A DNA stretch of 13,143 bases from Oligoflexus sp. Its GTDB lineage: Bacteria; Bdellovibrionota_B; Oligoflexia; Oligoflexales; Oligoflexaceae. The notes under the pieces are model-generated. The model ran no database searches and had not been told where the DNA came from. It saw only the letters and a list, made by a program, of their open reading frames with translations. The stretch lies in contig JBGSTX010000145.1 in the NCBI GenBank assembly GCA_041736305.1, positions 1-13,143 on the forward strand. The letters are read 5' to 3'. The position numbers and the translations under genes were made by a program. Of this stretch, positions 8,834-13,143 are shown piece after piece; the first letter of the stretch is position 1; the number at the start of each line of letters is the position of its first letter.

Positions 8834-9736
8834 CTAAAGAGCTTCGTCCAAACTCAGCTTGGACTCATTTACCGAGCGTCCATTCACAGTGACTGGAGTG
8901 AGCTCTTCCAGTAAGATCTGTCCTAATTTCAAGAGCTCAGAATCATCTTGCTGCGAAGGATGAAAGCTCGGCTTAAAATAACGCAAGTAGCTAAGAGTCA
9001 GTGATGAAAAATAGCCATTTATGCCGAAGTATTCCTTGAAGGCTGCCGCTAGAGCTTTGAAATTGAGAAGCTGGCGGTCTTTTTTCAAGAGCTTGGCATT
9101 GTAATAAATAGTAGTGACCGTTAGTGAAAGGGAAGCTATCAACATGCCTAGAACTCGCCGCCGATAGCCACCTCCGACCGCGGTGAAGACATCAAAAGCT
9201 ACCGATTTGTGCTCAACTTCCTCTATAGCGTGCCAGATCATAAGCGCCCTAACCTCAGGAGCCATTTTATTCATGGTTTGTGGTCGGCTTAGAAGCGCTC
9301 CAGCCATTATTGCTGTCATGTGCTCAAACCCGACTGTTAGCGCTAAAGCCAAACGAGGATCGAGGTCAATGAGTTTTTGGTTTTTTTCGCGATGTCGCTT
9401 AGCTATAGCTCGGCAGTAGTCTTCGGCTTCTGGAACCAGGGATGCAACCCAGATGTTGAAGTCGGCGTGAACCTTACCGTGTAGGGACTCTTGAGCCATA
9501 AATCCTTTGATCTGACTCCGCAGCTCGGGATCTTTAACTTGGTCTTTAAAATAGGCTACCGACTTAACGAACTGCTCTTCGCCCGACGGAAATTGAAAAG
9601 AAAGCGTATTGATCAGATGGGTGACAAAGGGATTATTATCAAACCAAAAGCGCTCCGTACCCTCCCGATATTTTGGGTTGATAGAGCGAATGGTTATCGA
9701 CTTTGCATTGTAGGCAGGAGCTTTAGCTTTACTCAT
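8834..9736 (-). CDS. Predicted metal-dependent hydrolase family (PF10118-type, ferritin-like di-metal protein)
   Basis: FPSGEEQFVKSV, FMAQESLHGKVH, FEHMTA, WHAIEEVEHKSVAFDVF and YFKPSFHP. Likely start ATG 9736 after a G-run RBS (track start 9772). Ends 7 nt before the BVMO start. Confidence 0.88.
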   Translation of the reverse strand: MSKAKAPAYNAKSITIRSINPKYREGTERFWFDNNPFVTHLINTLSFQFPSGEEQFVKSVAYFKDQVKDPELRSQIKGFMAQESLHGKVHADFNIWVASLVPEAEDYCRAIAKRHREKNQKLIDLDPRLALALTVGFEHMTAIMAGALLSRPQTMNKMAPEVRALMIWHAIEEVEHKSVAFDVFTAVGGGYRRRVLGMLIASLSLTVTTIYYNAKLLKKDRQLLNFKALAAAFKEYFGINGYFSSLTLSYLRYFKPSFHPSQQDDSELLKLGQILLEELTPVTVNGRSVNESKLSLDEAL

Positions 9737-9819
9737 GTAGGTGGACCCCCCCATTAAGTTACTTCGGATCATTATTCACTTTTCCAAAGCTTTTTTTTCG
9801 GCATTCTCAAGCAAAAGAA

Positions 9820-9837
9820 ATGCAAGCTACAAGCCGC
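9820..9837 (-). promoter_or_regulatory. Candidate sigma54 (-24/-12) promoter for the hydrolase-BVMO operon
   Basis: Minus strand GCGGCTTGTAGCTTGCAT; GG-N10-GC with TTGCA; about 85 nt upstream of ATG 9736. Confidence 0.5.
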
Positions 9838-10141
9838 CAGTACGATCGGAAGTAAGATCTTGAAATCATAAAAATAAAGTCGGGGGTAATTCTAGAGAAT
9901 AGGCTTCGAAAGCGACAGGCCTAATCTAATTGCCGGCAAATTTTTGATCTAACATATTGGAATTGATTAAAAAAAGACAAAAAGAGAATTTATAGAGCGT
10001 AAAATTTTCGAAATTGAGCTCGGTATTAAGCCTAAGCTTATGAAAGAATTAGATAATTCAGCAAACTGAGCTTTGAAAAAATTTCCCGCTTCACCCAAGC
10101 GAGGCTTGGCAAAGCGGGAATAAATGTGTTGCCGTAAAAGT

Positions 10142-10507
10142 TCAAGCCCTAAGGATCTGGAGCTCGGTTGCCTGACCGTTGAGCATCGCCAAGTAGGTAC
10201 TACCTGCGATAAATTCTTCAACGACATAGCACTCAAGTTCTTCCGCGCCTTCTTTGCCATCTAGCTTGGCTTGGAAAGCAGCTGGTGACTCTGTATGAAG
10301 GTCAGGCGTCCGCAGACGCGCGATCAAACCTTTGGCGAGGTGTCGCTGCTCATCGCGAAGCTGAAAGTGCTCCTTGAGGATTTTAAAGACGATTTCTTCA
10401 GCATCTGGCGTCGCCAACCACGCAATGAAGCTGCCATTGGCAAAAGCCATGGATGAAGTCGCAAGGGAGCTACCGAGAAAGATACGTCGGCTCAGTTTTG
10501 ATTCCAT
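10142..10507 (-). CDS. Small twin-arginine (Tat) signal protein, unknown function (121 aa)
   Basis: MESKLSRRIFLGSSLATSSMAFA: SRRxFL motif and AFA cleavage-like site; GGAG 7 nt upstream of ATG 10507; starts 35 nt after the lipoxygenase stop. Confidence 0.8.
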   Translation of the reverse strand: MESKLSRRIFLGSSLATSSMAFANGSFIAWLATPDAEEIVFKILKEHFQLRDEQRHLAKGLIARLRTPDLHTESPAAFQAKLDGKEGAEELECYVVEEFIAGSTYLAMLNGQATELQILRA

Positions 10508-10542
10508 AGTGTTTCTCCACATATCTGTTTAAGCGAGATCTT

Positions 10543-12273
10543 TCAAATATTTATGCTAGCCGGTATTCTCGTGGGCTTGAGGTGGATGTACGGCACCCGC
10601 TTCTTATTACGCTCATCGATTGTCCGTTCAATATCAGCCAGGCGTAGGACGAAGCGAGCTAGCTGAGGTCCTACCTTCAAGGTCATTTCAGGCTCGTAGA
10701 TCCCGAGCTGAGTATGATTGATTCCCGCCAACTGCGTTAGGATCGCCAAAGTATGGACAGCCACATCCAGTGGAGGAAGATTTGCAACCCAGTCTTTCTC
10801 GGTATGTCCACGGCCCTTGGGCTCAGGCGTGTAACCAGCTAGTGGATTGGCTGGAACGAAAGTCATTTCCGTACCTTGAGTGAAGTTTACAGCGGCGTGC
10901 TGCGGGCCTGCGGTAAATATGATCATCGTAACGATCTCGATGAGGTCCGTACGATCGCGGACTGCTCCTGGACTTACGCCAAAATCTTTGATTTTACCTA
11001 CATTGGTGGCTTCGGCAGCCCAGGCCTGAAGTTCTATATCAGCGCGTATTTCGGCATCGTTTTTATAGTAGACCTCAACGTAACTACTGACCCAATCGTA
11101 CACTGCCTGCCAAACAAGGAGAGCGTCGTCGCGATAAGGATATGCTGTGATGGTTTTCGTGTCAAAAACGCCAAAACGCTTTAAGCGAGTTGGAACATAG
11201 TTGTCTCTGAAGGAATAAGCCAAACGAGAGCGGGCGGAATACTGCTGATTGTCAAGGATATCAGAGCCGACCAAGCGCTCGACCGACTTGCCAGGTTGAA
11301 TCAAATTAGTACGCGCCAGGACATTAATGTTGACGGTACCTTCAAAATGCTGATTCAAGAGCGCATGGATCGGATGCCGTACGTGTAGCTTTCTTCTCGT
11401 TGCTGCAACTGCCGCGTCGACGAGGAGGTGCGTAAGTCCCAGGTGGGTGACCACTTCATGATGATTATTGTGGGCAGACAACACGCAGTTGCGGGCGATC
11501 TTCCAGGTATAACCATCTTTAGGGGTATAGATTTCTCGACCTTGAGGGGTAGGTCCGCACTGGATAGCGAAAGGATAGAGGCGACCACCCCCACGAGGAA
11601 CTGCGAAAGCAGCCCAGGGAGCATACTGATACTTGGGACCTTGCGGATGGAGTCCATTCTTCAGGGATGCCATTTCAGTATGCTCAACAAAGAAGATGCG
11701 GCCTTCGTTGAGGGCGCTTGAGAGATCATCATTAGCGAATTCGGCTACCGACCGCAGGTGCTCATTCGTAATAGGAAAGGCCTGAGGTATCGATTTCATT
11801 TTCTGAACTTGGTTCGGATTAGGGCCGGCGAGGAATGTATAGCCAAATTGCTCGTCAGAATCAAAGCGCGAAGCGATGTCCGGAACTTTTATGTTAAAGA
11901 AGACTTTATCAGTGTAGTCCTGAATCGACTGCGCTTTTCCGCTTGGTTGGCAGACACCGAGGTCGGGCGCATAGTATTCGCTAACTCCACCGCTTTGGAT
12001 CGTTGAAACGAGATTTTTCGGGCTGCGACGCACCAATTCTTTTTCAAAGGTCAGCCCAGATTCTTTGACCGTAGCCCCTAAGTTAGAGCGGATCTTGAGG
12101 AAGGCTCGGAAGGTTTGGAGCAACCAGTTCGGATCGTTCTTGTCGAGACTTCCCTCGGCTTCAATTAGAGGCATAACATACTCGGTGTTATATACGTAGC
12201 CCTCGGCTACTTTCTCGATTTCAGCCTTGCGCGTGCTCGACGAGTCTTTTTGGGGAATTGAAATATTAGCCAT
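10543..12273 (-). CDS. lox: Non-heme iron lipoxygenase (576 aa), catalytic domain without PLAT domain
   Basis: AGPNP, PFAIQ, WKIAR, HEVVTHLGLTHL, HPIHALLNQH, YPYRDDA, DIELQAW, QHAAVNFTQ and C-terminal PASINI supply the His/His/His/Asn/Ile-COOH iron ligands. AGGAGGG lies 7 nt before ATG 12273 (track start 12324). Confidence 0.96.
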   Translation of the reverse strand: MANISIPQKDSSSTRKAEIEKVAEGYVYNTEYVMPLIEAEGSLDKNDPNWLLQTFRAFLKIRSNLGATVKESGLTFEKELVRRSPKNLVSTIQSGGVSEYYAPDLGVCQPSGKAQSIQDYTDKVFFNIKVPDIASRFDSDEQFGYTFLAGPNPNQVQKMKSIPQAFPITNEHLRSVAEFANDDLSSALNEGRIFFVEHTEMASLKNGLHPQGPKYQYAPWAAFAVPRGGGRLYPFAIQCGPTPQGREIYTPKDGYTWKIARNCVLSAHNNHHEVVTHLGLTHLLVDAAVAATRRKLHVRHPIHALLNQHFEGTVNINVLARTNLIQPGKSVERLVGSDILDNQQYSARSRLAYSFRDNYVPTRLKRFGVFDTKTITAYPYRDDALLVWQAVYDWVSSYVEVYYKNDAEIRADIELQAWAAEATNVGKIKDFGVSPGAVRDRTDLIEIVTMIIFTAGPQHAAVNFTQGTEMTFVPANPLAGYTPEPKGRGHTEKDWVANLPPLDVAVHTLAILTQLAGINHTQLGIYEPEMTLKVGPQLARFVLRLADIERTIDERNKKRVPYIHLKPTRIPASINI

Positions 12274-12434
12274 ACGAGCACCCTCCTCTTTTGAAAAAAA
12301 GCAGCATCCTTGATTCCTCATCACTGGGCTTTGGCAAAGAGTCTCGCTTTCTCAACGGGAGAACGAGAGGTCCCTTGACCTAAAGCTTACTCAGGAAAAT
12401 TGAAAAGAATATCTCATTAGATAATAGCATCTTT

Positions 12435-12462
12435 TTGTTTGAGGACCAAACTGAGCTATAAT
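12435..12462 (+). promoter_or_regulatory. Candidate sigma70 promoter for the divergent lipoprotein
   Basis: TTGTTT-N16-TATAAT (perfect -10 at 12457-12462), 53 nt upstream of ATG 12516. Confidence 0.45.
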
Positions 12463-12515
12463 ACCAATAGATTTTTTATAGAGAGAATTGCGATTTATTG
12501 AGGAGGTTCTGGAAA

Positions 12516-12959
12516 ATGTTGAAAATTCTTGCGTTCCTTATGTTTTCTACAAGTTTTGCGTTCTTACCTGCTTGCCGAACTACCAAAGGAGGTAGTAGTG
12601 GTGATTCGGTTTTGTGGGATACCCCCGAAAACCGCAGTGTAACTGTCAATTTTATTAAAGAGGCTGTCGCCGAGCTCTTACCTGGAGTCAACCAGAATGA
12701 TCCAGCCGTTGAGCAGTTTGCAGAGGCTCTACAAAAGAATGAGACGAAGCAAACAGAATCCGCTCAGTTTCTCTTGAAGAAGGTGGCAGAACAGAGGAAA
12801 TCTGGAGCCCCGCTCGATATAGAATCTTCTGAAGTATCTAACTATATAGTAGAGCAGTTCTTGGCTATGACTAATTATATTGCCGTCCATCAGCAGAAAG
12901 AATCGGTCCTAAAGTATATTGGCTATGAAGGGATGATGACGACGTCCGCAGCTAATTGA
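12516..12959 (+). CDS. Small lipoprotein, unknown function (147 aa); probable paralogue of the Tat protein at 10142-10507
   Basis: AGGAGG at 12501-12506 then ATG 12516; MLKILAFLMFSTSFAFLPA-C20 lipobox-like signal; Gly/Ser linker; shared C-terminal motif. Confidence 0.8.
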   Translation: MLKILAFLMFSTSFAFLPACRTTKGGSSGDSVLWDTPENRSVTVNFIKEAVAELLPGVNQNDPAVEQFAEALQKNETKQTESAQFLLKKVAEQRKSGAPLDIESSEVSNYIVEQFLAMTNYIAVHQQKESVLKYIGYEGMMTTSAAN

Positions 12960-12965
12960 AATCTC

Positions 12966-12998
12966 TAGGGGCGTCTCTCCCTAAGAGAGATACCCCTA
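12966..12998. terminator. Hairpin between convergent genes, probable bidirectional terminator
   Basis: TAGGGGCGTCTCTC-CCTAA-GAGAGATACCCCTA: 14-bp stem with one mismatch and one G-U pair, between stops at 12959 (+) and 12999 (-); lacks a strong U-tract. Confidence 0.6.
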
Positions 12999-13142
12999 TC
13001 AAACACCTGTTTCGCGCGCGGTCTCAGCCCAGGTCAAAATCCTACTTACTTGTTCATGTGCATCGTTCACGAGCATATTTCCTGGCCCTCCATGTATGGA
13101 AATAAAGTGCGCAAAGTTCCAGCTTAAAACCCTGCGAAGGGA
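12999..13142 (-). CDS. 3' end of a CDS truncated by the window edge; resembles the C-terminus of MBL-fold/DUF4336-like proteins
   Basis: Not in the ORF track. Open minus frame: SLRRVLSWNFAHFISIHGGPGNMLVNDAHEQVSRILTWAETARETGV*. 'R-x-L-x-W-x-F-x3-I-x2-HG' recalls the last His-ligand strand of MBL-fold proteins. Confidence 0.55.
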   Translation of the reverse strand, partial: SLRRVLSWNFAHFISIHGGPGNMLVNDAHEQVSRILTWAETARETGV

Positions 13143-13143
13143 C

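Noticed and set aside
9967-10260. 97-aa minus-strand ORF
   Set aside because: Overlaps the Tat gene out of frame, runs into AT-rich intergenic DNA and has no family features.
1-13143. CRISPR arrays, IS elements, prophage, tRNA/rRNA, known defence systems
   Set aside because: No regularly spaced repeats, transposase/integrase motifs or recognisable structural RNA seen by eye; an Rfam or DefenseFinder search was not possible.

Overview
Ordinary-GC, gene-dense bacterial window; the gene mix suggests Bdellovibrionota/Oligoflexia or a similar lineage, but that is inference only. Plus strand: end of an Ig-like CDS, an 838-aa protein with a helical N-terminal half and a degenerate UbiB/ABC1 kinase, a lipoprotein with a possible START/SRPBCC-like fold, and a hemerythrin (HHE) protein. 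Minus strand, in transcription order: an iron lipoxygenase with all ligand motifs intact and no signal peptide, a small Tat-exported protein, a PF10118-type di-metal 'hydrolase', a Baeyer-Villiger monooxygenase, and a VTT/DedA-flavin disulfide reductase fusion. A divergent lipoprotein and the end of a probable MBL-fold/DUF4336-like gene close the window. Best lead: the lipoxygenase is flanked by two small exported proteins (one Tat, one lipoprotein) that appear to be paralogues sharing a Y-[VI]-V-E-[EQ]-F-[IL]-A-x3-Y-[LI]-A motif, a candidate uncharacterised LOX partner/export module next to other lipid-oxidation genes. Three good sigma54-type -24/-12 sites are visible, two nearly identical. 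No mobile elements, CRISPR arrays or RNA genes were seen.
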